Of a stretch of DNA of 64,000 nucleotides, positions 38,731 to 48,451 are shown in pieces. The translations under genes and the position numbers were made by a program. Each line of letters starts with the position of its first letter. Position 1 is the stretch's first letter. Source of the DNA: a virus; the IMG/VR virus record IMGVR_UViG_3300020469_002640, positions 24,500-88,499 of that record; one strand, given 5' to 3'. The notes beneath the pieces were generated by a model that was not told the origin of the DNA, did no database searches, and worked only from the letters and a program-made list of their open reading frames with translations.

Positions 38731-38783
38731 TTTTCTATCTTATTTTTAAAAGTTATATATGCAGTCGTGTTTCCACTAATTGC

Positions 38784-39857
38784 CTAAGTTAATAAATCGA
38801 GACTTAAATCGTCAAAATCAACATTTGTCTTTCTTCTTGATGCTTTGTTAGCACTCTTAAGAGGCTTACCTGATCTAGATATTTTATCTTTAAGTGTTTT
38901 AGCACTTTTAGTTTTAGCTTTTGAATCTATGATTTTATCTAAATCAAATCCTCGATACATGAGGTAATCCATTGCTAATTTAACATCTAGTTTTGCATCT
39001 TTGTGATCCAAATCTCGCTGTGTGTAACCTTCTTTGGTTACGGGTTTAGAGATATAATCAAAAAATTTCTTTTTATCTCTAGCTGGTAAAGTTACTCCTG
39101 CAAGTTCTGTAGAATCATCTATAGTCTTGCTTAAACCGTCCCAAAATTTTTGTTGCTCTGCTTCAGATTGTTGTCTTTGCTCTTGCTGCTTTGCAATCAA
39201 TTGTTCTCTTTGTTGAGCTTGTGCTTTTACTAAAGCATCTTTTGCTCTTCCAGATCTTTCAAACAACTTGCCACTATCTTCATAATCTTCAAGAGTTTCT
39301 TCTATAAAATCCTTATCATGACCTTTAGCATGAAAATATTCAGCTAAAATAGCTTTTTGTGTTCTAACATCTTCTTTAGAAATATTCAAAGTTGAATAAT
39401 CGTTTTTAGCTCCGTAAGTATCCATAAACTGTTTAGAATCTCCTCCCGCAAGAGTATATTCTAAATGCTTCTTAATTATAGGAAACTTATCAAATAACTC
39501 TTCAAGATTATCTTCAGCCATTTTAGTTGCTGCATCTTTAGTAAGAGCTACTAAACCGTCGCTAGTATCTTCATAGTCACCTTCAAGCTCGTATCCAAGT
39601 TTTGATAACACTTCAGAAATTACAGTATCATCTTCTGTTTCTTCTGGCTCTTGTTCTTGAACTTTTTCTTCCTGCTCTTCAACTTCCTCTTCTTGCTCTT
39701 CGACTACTTTTTGTTCAGGTTCTTCCTGAACTTCCTCTTCTACTTTGTTTTCTACTTCTTCGATCTCCTCTATTGGAGCATCAATTGTGACACCTTCTCC
39801 TGAAATCATATCATCAAAAGAAATGTCGTCTAATTGTATTTTATCTGGTTCTTCCAT
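38784..39857 (-). CDS. Acidic scaffold-like protein (crAss gene 77-like)
   Basis: 357 aa, Glu-rich N-terminus and coiled coil. Immediately upstream of the MCP. Confidence 0.75.
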   Translation of the reverse strand: MEEPDKIQLDDISFDDMISGEGVTIDAPIEEIEEVENKVEEEVQEEPEQKVVEEQEEEVEEQEEKVQEQEPEETEDDTVISEVLSKLGYELEGDYEDTSDGLVALTKDAATKMAEDNLEELFDKFPIIKKHLEYTLAGGDSKQFMDTYGAKNDYSTLNISKEDVRTQKAILAEYFHAKGHDKDFIEETLEDYEDSGKLFERSGRAKDALVKAQAQQREQLIAKQQEQRQQSEAEQQKFWDGLSKTIDDSTELAGVTLPARDKKKFFDYISKPVTKEGYTQRDLDHKDAKLDVKLAMDYLMYRGFDLDKIIDSKAKTKSAKTLKDKISRSGKPLKSANKASRRKTNVDFDDLSLDLLT

Positions 39858-39873
39858 TTTATTTTGGTTTTTA

Positions 39874-39944
39874 CAAATTTACTAATATAGTAGTTAGTTT
39901 TACACTCAACTTATATTTTAGTAACGTCTTTATTATATAACACT
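39874..39944 (-). promoter_or_regulatory. Putative late promoter: TAAATTTG (-7 box) plus upstream AGTGTA and AGTGTTATATAATA elements
   Basis: Bacteroidetes TAnnTTTG at 39874-39881. Same architecture as at 44302-44373. Confidence 0.65.
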
Positions 39945-41950
39945 TATTTGTCTACATACCTATAATATTGTTTACCTATTGCTTTTGTATTTAAAGGATT
40001 TAAAGAATTTTCAAAAAGTTCTCTACCCGTAGGTTCATTTTTTTCATGAAAAGGTTTATCAACATAACCATCATTAAAATATCTATTATCACCTTTAGTT
40101 ATACCCATGTGAGTCCAATCTGGGTTATCATAAGTTCCTTTGTGAAATTGAACTATATCTCCAGGTTTTTGCTGCCCTAATTCTACTATTTTGTATCCGT
40201 GCGATGCATAATTTTGAGCAAAAGAATCATTATCTTGTTCTATATCTCCTTTCCACTTACCTGATTCTTTTAATATTTTTGCAGTAGATTGTACACAAGT
40301 ATTTCCATAACATATAGGTGTACCTTTTGGTATTTTTATACCTGTAGCATCTTGTAAAAACATTTGAGCTTTCATTGCTTTTACTTTAAAAGAAGCTGGA
40401 AGCATATCTATAATTCGGCCTGCAAAATTACTTGGCTCTTTGTCTCCAGGAAACCAAGTTTTACTTAGTCTTCCAAAATCTCTTTTTTCATCTGCAGCTT
40501 TTTGAGCATTTTGAATTACAATATTATCTTCTTTAAAATCGCCTTCTTGAAAATAAACTCTTCCTCGCATTTTAGGAGGAGTAAATCCTAAAACTTTTTT
40601 ACCTAAAGTAGTCATTACTTTATCTACAGCTGGTTCGCCAAATTTTTTATTTATAGCTTTAATATCTCTTAAAGGATTTAAATCCCAAGTATCACTATAA
40701 TCTATATACATACCTTTATCATCTTCCCCTAAAAAGGTATTATATCTCCCTAAAACTCGACTATAATCAAGGTAAGGGTGTTTTATCCACGTTGGTTTAC
40801 CCCCACTTTCATCATAATGCTTTTTCCATTCTTCTTTTGTTCCAAAACTAGGATCTTGAATAGCTTCTTTAAGCTGTTTTTCTGTTACAGGAGAAGTATA
40901 ATAAGTTGTAGGATCTCCTTTTATTTTATAATTTGATACAGGTATAGACCCATGTTTTTGAGATTCTCCCATTAACATATTTAAAAGATCTTGCCTTTCT
41001 ATTGCCCATTCCTCACCAGCCTCTGCTTTTTCTTGAATATCTGGATATTCGGGCCAACTCTCTCTCACTGAAGCTACTCTTGGGTCTTGATTTCCTAGCC
41101 CTGTTTGCAATATAGTATTAAAAGTTTCTTTTAAGTTACCATACCCTAAAGGATCTAAATTTTTTGACCAGTTTTCACGTACCTTAGTCAAAAGTGAGTT
41201 ACGATTATACTTATTACGATGAGGATCTCTATCTGTAACAGTTACTTCTGGCAGCATACCATAGTCTACAACCTCTTCTTCTTTAAAGTTACCTTCTTGT
41301 TTTTTAACATATTTTAGCGACCTTTCTCCAAAATATCCAGAAGAATCTTTTACTATCTTGTGAGTACTTGGGTGTGGCGTCCCCATAAGAGGTTTTGTAT
41401 TCTTTTGATTTTCAAACCAAGCTATTTCTTCTTTTGTACTTTTATGGTCAGAAGCTTTTAAAAATTCTAACGTCTTAGGATTTACAGATTGTAAATGATA
41501 TTTACCATCAGGCGCTATTGTAGGAGTTAATCCCGCTTCATACGCACCTCTTAAATTATAAGTTGTAGTATCTGTATCTCGCAGATTAGAAGGCAATGCT
41601 TCTCTCCATGCGTCAAATCCACCATCTTGATAATTTGCAGGAGTTTCAATTACAGTACCTACATCATCACCCATAGGAAGATTTTCTACACCAGGAGGTA
41701 CATTTTCATAACTCCTAACTAAATCACCTTGCGGACTTACTTTTTGTATATTAATAGGGTAGTCCATACCTACTGTATTGAAATTACCAGTAGATTCAGG
41801 AAACGCCATTGTTGTTCCTTCAGGCTGATTACGTAAACCTTCTTGTTGTTGTTCGGGAGTTTCTGCAACTTGAGTTTGTTGCATCAATTCAGTCATAGGC
41901 ACACCAGTTGCCACAGACTGCTTTAGTATGTCCATTGGATTTGAACTCAA
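39944..41950 (-). CDS. Modular virion-associated protein with C-terminal NlpC/P60-like amidase domain
   Basis: 668 aa (TTG start, or ATG 5 codons later). Domains are separated by YQDGGF/KQEGNF/FQEGDF. C-terminus TCVQST..IL...KPGDIVQF...THMGI. Confidence 0.65.
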   Translation of the reverse strand: MSSNPMDILKQSVATGVPMTELMQQTQVAETPEQQQEGLRNQPEGTTMAFPESTGNFNTVGMDYPINIQKVSPQGDLVRSYENVPPGVENLPMGDDVGTVIETPANYQDGGFDAWREALPSNLRDTDTTTYNLRGAYEAGLTPTIAPDGKYHLQSVNPKTLEFLKASDHKSTKEEIAWFENQKNTKPLMGTPHPSTHKIVKDSSGYFGERSLKYVKKQEGNFKEEEVVDYGMLPEVTVTDRDPHRNKYNRNSLLTKVRENWSKNLDPLGYGNLKETFNTILQTGLGNQDPRVASVRESWPEYPDIQEKAEAGEEWAIERQDLLNMLMGESQKHGSIPVSNYKIKGDPTTYYTSPVTEKQLKEAIQDPSFGTKEEWKKHYDESGGKPTWIKHPYLDYSRVLGRYNTFLGEDDKGMYIDYSDTWDLNPLRDIKAINKKFGEPAVDKVMTTLGKKVLGFTPPKMRGRVYFQEGDFKEDNIVIQNAQKAADEKRDFGRLSKTWFPGDKEPSNFAGRIIDMLPASFKVKAMKAQMFLQDATGIKIPKGTPICYGNTCVQSTAKILKESGKWKGDIEQDNDSFAQNYASHGYKIVELGQQKPGDIVQFHKGTYDNPDWTHMGITKGDNRYFNDGYVDKPFHEKNEPTGRELFENSLNPLNTKAIGKQYYRYVDK

Positions 41951-44295
41951 TTTTCGCTAGATGATTTATTTTCTTTAGCTTGCTTTTCTTGCGAAGCTAA
42001 TGATTCTCTATTTTGTTTTTCTTTTGATTGTCTATCTGCAGCAGACTGTCTTTCTTTAGATCTCAAGTCTTCTCTCTTTGCACCTTCTTCATTTCGTTTT
42101 GCTCTAGAAGACTCACTAAGCTGCGACGCTTGTATATCTGTTTGCCGCTCTTTTACCTGCTGATCACCTTGTTGCTTATCAATTTGAGCATCTACTTTCA
42201 TCATATCAACTCTAGCTCGTATCATTGCAACTTCAATATCAGTTTCACGATCTTTTTCTTTATTCATATTCTCATTCTCCATCGCAGCCTGTTGCTGTTG
42301 AAGTTGAGCTTGTTGTATTTGTTGCTCAGCTTGTTGTTGCTGCTGCTCTAAAGCTTGCATTTGTTTTTCAGCTGATGATATTTTAGTTTTAATTTCTGTA
42401 AAACTTTCTGCATCAAACATTTCTGCTATAGTAGATGCTGGTACTCCGTTTTGCACCATAGATTGTGATAGCTGCTTAATAGCATCTAATTTATCTTGAT
42501 CTTTACCAGAATCAGAAACAAATATACCATATTCAGACTCCATATGCTCCATAGAGTCTAGACTTAAAAATTCTTGTACACCATCAGCCATAACATACAT
42601 AGATTTTTTACCATTAATCCATGCTTCTTTAGAATAATCTATCAATGCTTGTAAATCTCTTTGTTCTAACCTCCCAAACTTACGAAACAGATCTTCTGTA
42701 ATATGAGATGATTGTACAATAGCTTGTTGCGATGTAGCTTTACCTTCATAGCTTCCTACTTGACCTTGTCGTTGTCTATTTACACCTGAGAGTTTTTCCC
42801 ACTCTTCCATAATAGAATTAAGTAAGACAATATACTGCTCAATAGTTTTTATAGACATATCTAGCACAGACTGGTGTTGCGGAGATAGTGTTACGCCTTC
42901 TTTGTTGTAATCTACCCAGGCAATTCCAGTTCCTTCTACATAGTACATAAATTTATCCATGTCCCACTTCTTAGGAATCATGTTTATGTCAAATTGTGCT
43001 ATTATGTCTTTACTTCTAGCAATTGCTAGTTCTAATCTATATTTATAAATATTATAATTCAGTTGGTAAGGAATGCCAAGTGATACTAACGAAACATTTC
43101 TTGCATTTCTGTCAGAATATTTTCTACCATTTATAGGAAGCTTACATAAAGAAGGATTATCTAAAGATACACGTTGATTAGAAATAGCTTGCATTTTTAC
43201 ATAAATATCACCATCAATTCTTGTACCTTGCCAAACTTCATTTACCCACATCCAGTTCATAGAAGCTCCTTGCTCTTTAAGTTCTTTTGGCATTCTAAAT
43301 GATTCGTCTACTTCTATTTCTTCCATAGATCCTGTAGTAGGATCCATAAATTCTAAAAAGCCTATACGTTTTCTAGATTTCCAATAAACTGTAACAACTT
43401 CTATAAGTCTGCTTCTATGTACATTCTGATCTGCATTTGTACTTTCAGGTCTAAATGCTAAAAAAGAATGCATATCATGATTTTCAGGATTTTCTAATTT
43501 TAAAACCTGCTCATCATTAAGCTCCTCATAATAATGATCTATTATCGTAGATGCATGCACAAACTTACGTACAAGAGCCCAATCACCGTCTTCAACAAAT
43601 TCTATATCAGGATCTTTGTCATAATCTACATCAATAGGATTTAAAATATCATAAAAAGGCTCGTTACCTCTTACACCTCTTTGTGTATATACTTCTCCAG
43701 TTACTAAAAAGTCAAACCAAGCTTTATTTAGTTTTTCATAAATCTCTTCACTATACATAATATAGTTTAAAGCTTTTTGACCGTGAATAGCTCTAGAATC
43801 TACATAAGATCTTTCAAATTGCTCTAATATATGTTGAGGCAGCTCTACTTCTTCGCTTGGAACTCCCGTTTCCATACCTTGTTCGTTTAATCTGTTAATA
43901 AACATTTGTTCCATTAACTGATATAACGTTTGTTGTTTTGCTAACTCTTTGTTAGTAACAGTATCTGCATTTTTAACAGTAACAGTGTAATTAAGAGGGC
44001 GTTTAGATTTTTCACCTAAAAGAAGATCAATAATAGGTTTAATAATAGGATAATTACGCATTTTAGAAGGAAAGTTCTTACGCGCTTTGCCATAAGGTTT
44101 TAATACATACCGGTAATCTGACTCTTCAATTACACCATTATAATAATCATAAAGAGATCGTAAATAATCTTTACGTTCGCTTGTACCATGAGAAGAAATA
44201 TTTATAAACGCTTCTACACATTCTTCTTTCCATGTTTTAGTTTTTTTACTTAGCGGTAATCGCTGTTGTGGTATGTTATCCTCTCCTTTATACAT
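41947..44295 (-). CDS. Portal protein
   Basis: crAss-type portal motifs NYPIIKPIIDLLLGE, V..VYWKSRKRIG, WVNEVWQG.RI and SGVNRQRQGQ, with a Q-rich C-terminal coil. ATG at 44295 is preferred over TTG at 44304. Confidence 0.9.
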   Translation of the reverse strand: MYKGEDNIPQQRLPLSKKTKTWKEECVEAFINISSHGTSERKDYLRSLYDYYNGVIEESDYRYVLKPYGKARKNFPSKMRNYPIIKPIIDLLLGEKSKRPLNYTVTVKNADTVTNKELAKQQTLYQLMEQMFINRLNEQGMETGVPSEEVELPQHILEQFERSYVDSRAIHGQKALNYIMYSEEIYEKLNKAWFDFLVTGEVYTQRGVRGNEPFYDILNPIDVDYDKDPDIEFVEDGDWALVRKFVHASTIIDHYYEELNDEQVLKLENPENHDMHSFLAFRPESTNADQNVHRSRLIEVVTVYWKSRKRIGFLEFMDPTTGSMEEIEVDESFRMPKELKEQGASMNWMWVNEVWQGTRIDGDIYVKMQAISNQRVSLDNPSLCKLPINGRKYSDRNARNVSLVSLGIPYQLNYNIYKYRLELAIARSKDIIAQFDINMIPKKWDMDKFMYYVEGTGIAWVDYNKEGVTLSPQHQSVLDMSIKTIEQYIVLLNSIMEEWEKLSGVNRQRQGQVGSYEGKATSQQAIVQSSHITEDLFRKFGRLEQRDLQALIDYSKEAWINGKKSMYVMADGVQEFLSLDSMEHMESEYGIFVSDSGKDQDKLDAIKQLSQSMVQNGVPASTIAEMFDAESFTEIKTKISSAEKQMQALEQQQQQAEQQIQQAQLQQQQAAMENENMNKEKDRETDIEVAMIRARVDMMKVDAQIDKQQGDQQVKERQTDIQASQLSESSRAKRNEEGAKREDLRSKERQSAADRQSKEKQNRESLASQEKQAKENKSSSEN

Positions 44296-44301
44296 AATTT
44301 T

Positions 44302-44373
44302 CAAAAATACGAATTAATAATTTATAGTACACTACTTCTATAAATTTTTAAGCGTCCCTTATAATATAACACT
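44302..44373 (-). promoter_or_regulatory. Putative late promoter upstream of portal
   Basis: TATTTTTG (44302-44309), AGTGTA (44328-44333) and AGTGTTATATTATAA (44359-44373). Confidence 0.65.
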
Positions 44374-46336
44374 AATAATAATTTTGATCAAACCATTTAG
44401 ATGATGCTGCGTCTTCTAAAGTTTCTTTAACTTCAGCGTTATACAACTCTCTAGTATGGTACATACCTACCATTAATGACATTACGCGGTCAAAGTTGCC
44501 CATATGATTAAACTTTATAAGCTCTTGCAATAAAGCTAAGTCATATATTTTGTGCATGTTTAAAATCTGTGATCCATCTTCATTTGTACTCCTTACAGTG
44601 TTAAGCCAATCACGTATATATAACTCACCTTGACGTTTTCTAGCTTCTGTAGTGTGCATACCATATTGACGCTTTACAGTCTTACTTCTTAGATCTTTTT
44701 TATCAAGCATTTCAAATTCTTCTTGCAGCTTATGAAGTTTTCTATGTCTTCTAGCATATGCAATAACTTCTCCTCGATCATTTTCAAAACCTATCTTTGC
44801 ATTATAATAATCTGCAAGCATAAACATGTTTCTATTGTATTCATCTTGACTATGTGGCCTTCCTACATAAGATGCTACAATCATGTCGTCTGGTCTTGAT
44901 ATATTATTAACTCTTTTAAGAACATAGCAAGATCCTAAAGACGAAGAGTCTGCAGATTGATTTTGCCCATACGGGTCATGACATATAATGTACAAATTAA
45001 CAGGTACTTGTTGTTTTTCGTTTTTATATGGAGATTCATATATTACAATTGCTCCATCTAAGTCATCTTCTTTTCTATGCGGGTATCTCATTATAGGTTT
45101 TGCATCTCCATCAAGTCTAAACTCAATTTTGTTATCTTTTCCAAAATACAACTTACCTGAAGTTCCTACTCTATCAAGTTTATTAACTTTTACATTATTA
45201 TAATGTTCTTGAAGCGAAGCTATGTCAAATAAGTTAGCAGAAATTTGCAATGTAGCTTCTCTTGGGTTCATAGGATGCTCTGCAATATACTGATCAAGTG
45301 CTTTAGGGTCATTTGTCCCTTTTTTCTTTATTCTGTTTTCTTCTTCAAAAGCTACAGCTTTGTCCATGTTAGAATTACCATCTTTATCTATAAATCCTTC
45401 TAGATTTTCATAAATAGGTACAAAATGCCCACAATATGTTCCTCGTGCTCCTGCATCCCAAACATTTTCAAATGCTAAACAATCATACGAGTCAGGATTA
45501 TAAAATAACTCTTCCATTCCTTCAAAATCAGCACCTTCTGTACCGCCTGTACCAAATGCTATCATTGTTCCTAAAGTATTTGCACCTTGACGCATTGTAG
45601 GCATAGCAACTTCCCATGCTTTTAGTAATCCTGGAAATGCACCTGCTTCCTCAAAGAAAATTAGCTCACCTGCTTTACCACGCACTTTATCTGGGTTATC
45701 TTTTAGAGACACACCCATAATCATAGACTTCATACCTAATTCAACATCAGCACCATTTACATTTTTCTTATATCCTGACATTTTATTCATTTCTCTGTCT
45801 TTTAGACGAGGCTGAGTCCATGCAGTATTATTATCTACAAATGATAGTATTTCCCAAGCCTTAGATAAAAGCCCATCACCAATTAAATATTCTTTTTGTC
45901 CTGCAAATACATAATTTTTACTATTACGAATTAAAAAGTAATTACGCGCTAACATTGCAGCAGCTTTATAAGAATATCCTTTACGACGAGCTTTTAAAAC
46001 TGTCATATGTCTATTAGACTTTCTACATGTATCTACTGCTGTAAAATATTTAAAGTCTCCGTCGTAAAATGCAGGAAAAGTACGCTCACGCTTAGCTAAG
46101 ACAGTGCCATCTGGTAAAATCTCTTCAACAGACCTGTCAATAGGGCAAAAGTTTAAATAAAAATAATGATTTCCTGTAATTGTAACATCATCTACAGTAT
46201 ATCCATACACACACTTGTGTCTTTGCTCATCCCAGTATTCATAATAATCTTTAGTTCCTGGCAAAGCTCTTGTGTACACGCCAGAGTCCATATACTCTAA
46301 AGCGGCTTTTCTAAACTCGTCAGTTTTTGTAAACAT
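44372..46336 (-). CDS. terL: Terminase large subunit
   Basis: LKARRKGYSY (Walker A), FFEEAG (Walker B), FGTGG, and nuclease motifs CHDPY and NFDRV. Confidence 0.95.
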   Translation of the reverse strand: MFTKTDEFRKAALEYMDSGVYTRALPGTKDYYEYWDEQRHKCVYGYTVDDVTITGNHYFYLNFCPIDRSVEEILPDGTVLAKRERTFPAFYDGDFKYFTAVDTCRKSNRHMTVLKARRKGYSYKAAAMLARNYFLIRNSKNYVFAGQKEYLIGDGLLSKAWEILSFVDNNTAWTQPRLKDREMNKMSGYKKNVNGADVELGMKSMIMGVSLKDNPDKVRGKAGELIFFEEAGAFPGLLKAWEVAMPTMRQGANTLGTMIAFGTGGTEGADFEGMEELFYNPDSYDCLAFENVWDAGARGTYCGHFVPIYENLEGFIDKDGNSNMDKAVAFEEENRIKKKGTNDPKALDQYIAEHPMNPREATLQISANLFDIASLQEHYNNVKVNKLDRVGTSGKLYFGKDNKIEFRLDGDAKPIMRYPHRKEDDLDGAIVIYESPYKNEKQQVPVNLYIICHDPYGQNQSADSSSLGSCYVLKRVNNISRPDDMIVASYVGRPHSQDEYNRNMFMLADYYNAKIGFENDRGEVIAYARRHRKLHKLQEEFEMLDKKDLRSKTVKRQYGMHTTEARKRQGELYIRDWLNTVRSTNEDGSQILNMHKIYDLALLQELIKFNHMGNFDRVMSLMVGMYHTRELYNAEVKETLEDAASSKWFDQNYY

Positions 46337-46571
46337 GTAAGATTTTTTTTAATTTAACGCATTTATCGTCATCTTCTAAAGATTCGTAATGCTCTATAAG
46401 CATATCTATTACAGAAGGTACGTTAGAAAAATTAAAAGGAAGAGAAAAGTAATCTTTATCGCTTTCGTTAAGCTCTTTGTATAATATATCTAAATCTTTT
46501 TGTTTTGTGACAACTTGATATGCATTGTCCATTGCATTATTGTATTCTTCTAAACCTTCTAAAAAATCCAT
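46320..46571 (-). CDS. Hypothetical acidic protein
   Basis: 83 aa coupled ORF. Confidence 0.6.
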   Translation of the reverse strand: MDFLEGLEEYNNAMDNAYQVVTKQKDLDILYKELNESDKDYFSLPFNFSNVPSVIDMLIEHYESLEDDDKCVKLKKILHVYKN

Positions 46572-47095
46572 TACTGACTATATTTATTTACTACAACTCC
46601 CCCTCTATTTGCAGATAAAGTTTGTTGTTCTTTTTTAACAAGCTCTTCTAGCTTACTTAATCCATTAACAACGTCTGCCATTTTAGATAAATTAGCAACT
46701 AAATCTTTTGCTTGATAGATAGGACGGCCATTATCGTCAATATCAGTCAAATCTACAATTTCAAAATAATTTTTTAGCTTATTTACTGCAGATCTTGCAG
46801 CTTTTAGAAGTTTTATTGCATGTGTTTCTTTTAATTCTACATATTTAGCACATGCTGCTTTTACTTTTATATCAGGAGACCATTTTGTTTTAAATATACT
46901 CTTTATAACATGTTCTTCTTTTTCTTTTGCATCATATACTGCAAATGGAGAGTTATGATCACACATATGATATACATATGACAACTCTTTTACAGCTATT
47001 TCTTGTTTTTTTTTAGAAATATCTGCAAATTCTTTAATTGTCAACACATACGGAGATGCTATTACTGCATCATTGCTTACTACTAATAATTCCAT
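46571..47095 (-). CDS. Conserved helical protein upstream of terL (candidate terminase small subunit)
   Basis: 174 aa, ELSYVYHM.D..SPF...W.PD..V.AA...Y. Position suggests the role; function is inferred. Confidence 0.55.
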   Translation of the reverse strand: MELLVVSNDAVIASPYVLTIKEFADISKKKQEIAVKELSYVYHMCDHNSPFAVYDAKEKEEHVIKSIFKTKWSPDIKVKAACAKYVELKETHAIKLLKAARSAVNKLKNYFEIVDLTDIDDNGRPIYQAKDLVANLSKMADVVNGLSKLEELVKKEQQTLSANRGGVVVNKYSQ

Positions 47096-47300
47096 CTTTT
47101 TTATCTTGTATATGCTGCAATCTTCCTTTATTTACAGAAAATTTACCAAAATACGGCAATCTTACTGCTTTAAACTTTCCTTTTTTAATAATTTCACCTA
47201 CAAACTTAAATTGATAGTTTATTATACTTTCAATTTTGCTTAAAGGTAAATTATGCTTTGTCGCTAGACGTTGTATTATTTCTTTTTGTTTCGTGCTCAC
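47070..47300 (-). CDS. HU/IHF-like DNA-binding protein
   Basis: Two helices then VRLPYFGKFSV, the HU beta-arm signature. Confidence 0.75.
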   Translation of the reverse strand: MSTKQKEIIQRLATKHNLPLSKIESIINYQFKFVGEIIKKGKFKAVRLPYFGKFSVNKGRLQHIQDKKDGIISSKQ

Positions 47301-47583
47301 TTTGGGTTACTACTATTTCTGGTTTCCATCTACTAGGTTTATCAGGGCAATCAGTTGTTTTCCATCTTGCTTTATGCTCAATTAAACATCCACATTTGCC
47401 ACATCTCATATTACTTTCTATTAAAAAAGGACATGCTTTACAAGCTTCTAATCTTTCTATATAACTTTCAGCAGAAACATTTGGAGCTCCTTCTTTTATA
47501 TATTTAGCTAAATCTGTAGTAAAATTCTTAGCCATTGTAAGAAAACTAGGAATTTGTGGTTTTTCTTTTTCTTCTTCAGCCAT
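47251..47583 (-). CDS. Zn-finger protein (CxxC...CxxCGC...CP...W)
   Basis: RLEACKACP...RCGKCGC...K..W....CP....W. Confidence 0.7.
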   Translation of the reverse strand: MAEEEKEKPQIPSFLTMAKNFTTDLAKYIKEGAPNVSAESYIERLEACKACPFLIESNMRCGKCGCLIEHKARWKTTDCPDKPSRWKPEIVVTQSEHETKRNNTTSSDKA

Positions 47584-47599
47584 TTTTTATTTTTCTATA

Positions 47600-47764
47600 C
47601 TATTCATACTCTTTAAAATTTGTATGTGCAATTTCTAAAACTTCTCCTTGACTATCTTGTACAATCATAACATATTGATCAGCTAATAAAAATTCTGTAA
47701 TAACATGTCCTGAAGTAAGTAAATCAATGTTATCTCCATGATAAAGATATTTGAATGTTGCCAT
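47600..47764 (-). CDS. Hypothetical protein (54 aa)
   Basis: Not in the track. MATFKYLYHGDNIDLLTSGHVITEFLLADQYVMIVQDSQGEVLEIAHTNFKEYE* fills the gap. Confidence 0.55.
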   Translation of the reverse strand: MATFKYLYHGDNIDLLTSGHVITEFLLADQYVMIVQDSQGEVLEIAHTNFKEYE

Positions 47765-48053
47765 TTTTTGGATTTAAAAATTTGTTTAATGTGTAAGATC
47801 CATTTTTAAATATAAGAACATTTTTATCTTTTAACTTTTTAATATAGTTATTAAGAGTGTTTTTATCTTTAAAACCTAAACCTGTAGCTACACATTTTTT
47901 ATTATCTAAAGTACACAAATCTTTATAATCATCTGCACATTCTAAAAATAAATTTAAAATATCTAACTCTTTAGGAGTCATATTAAAAATACCATTCCAA
48001 AACTGAAGGTACTTATAGTTCGAGTTTATCGGTATGGTTATCTGTTTCATCAC
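47730..48053 (-). CDS. Winged-HTH protein (RepL-like)
   Basis: MTPKELDIL...VATGLG..KNTLNNYIKKLKDKNVL....GSYTLN. Confidence 0.65.
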   Translation of the reverse strand: MMKQITIPINSNYKYLQFWNGIFNMTPKELDILNLFLECADDYKDLCTLDNKKCVATGLGFKDKNTLNNYIKKLKDKNVLIFKNGSYTLNKFLNPKNGNIQISLSWR

Positions 48054-48219
48054 TATCTACAGTTATTATTAAATAATATTCTCCTTCACCTACAAACACT
48101 TCCATATCATATGTTGCATTTGTATTTTCACTACACCACAATGTTAATTTATCTTCAAATTCTAGCATCATTGTTATCCAATCAAATATATCACTTGTTG
48201 CAAACTTAGTTCTTATCAT
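48013..48219 (-). CDS. Hypothetical protein
   Basis: 68 aa coupled ORF. Confidence 0.55.
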   Translation of the reverse strand: MIRTKFATSDIFDWITMMLEFEDKLTLWCSENTNATYDMEVFVGEGEYYLIITVDSDETDNHTDKLEL

Positions 48220-48451
48220 CTTTAAATTTTATACGAGCTATACCATCTATTACAGCAATTTCAGACAGTTTAGATTGTCTATTAAACTCGTTCACATACT
48301 CTTCTATAGAACTACGAGTACACAAGAAACTTAAAAATACTTGCAACTCTTTAGCAGCTTTACGAGTAGAATCATCTAACTCTTTAGCATCTTTAGAAGC
48401 GTTTTTAAGTTTTTCGTAATCAGTTAAACTTATGGTAACAGTACCTTTCAT
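48206..48451 (-). CDS. Hypothetical protein
   Basis: 81 aa coupled ORF (TVTISL.DYEKL). Confidence 0.6.
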   Translation of the reverse strand: MKGTVTISLTDYEKLKNASKDAKELDDSTRKAAKELQVFLSFLCTRSSIEEYVNEFNRQSKLSEIAVIDGIARIKFKDDKN

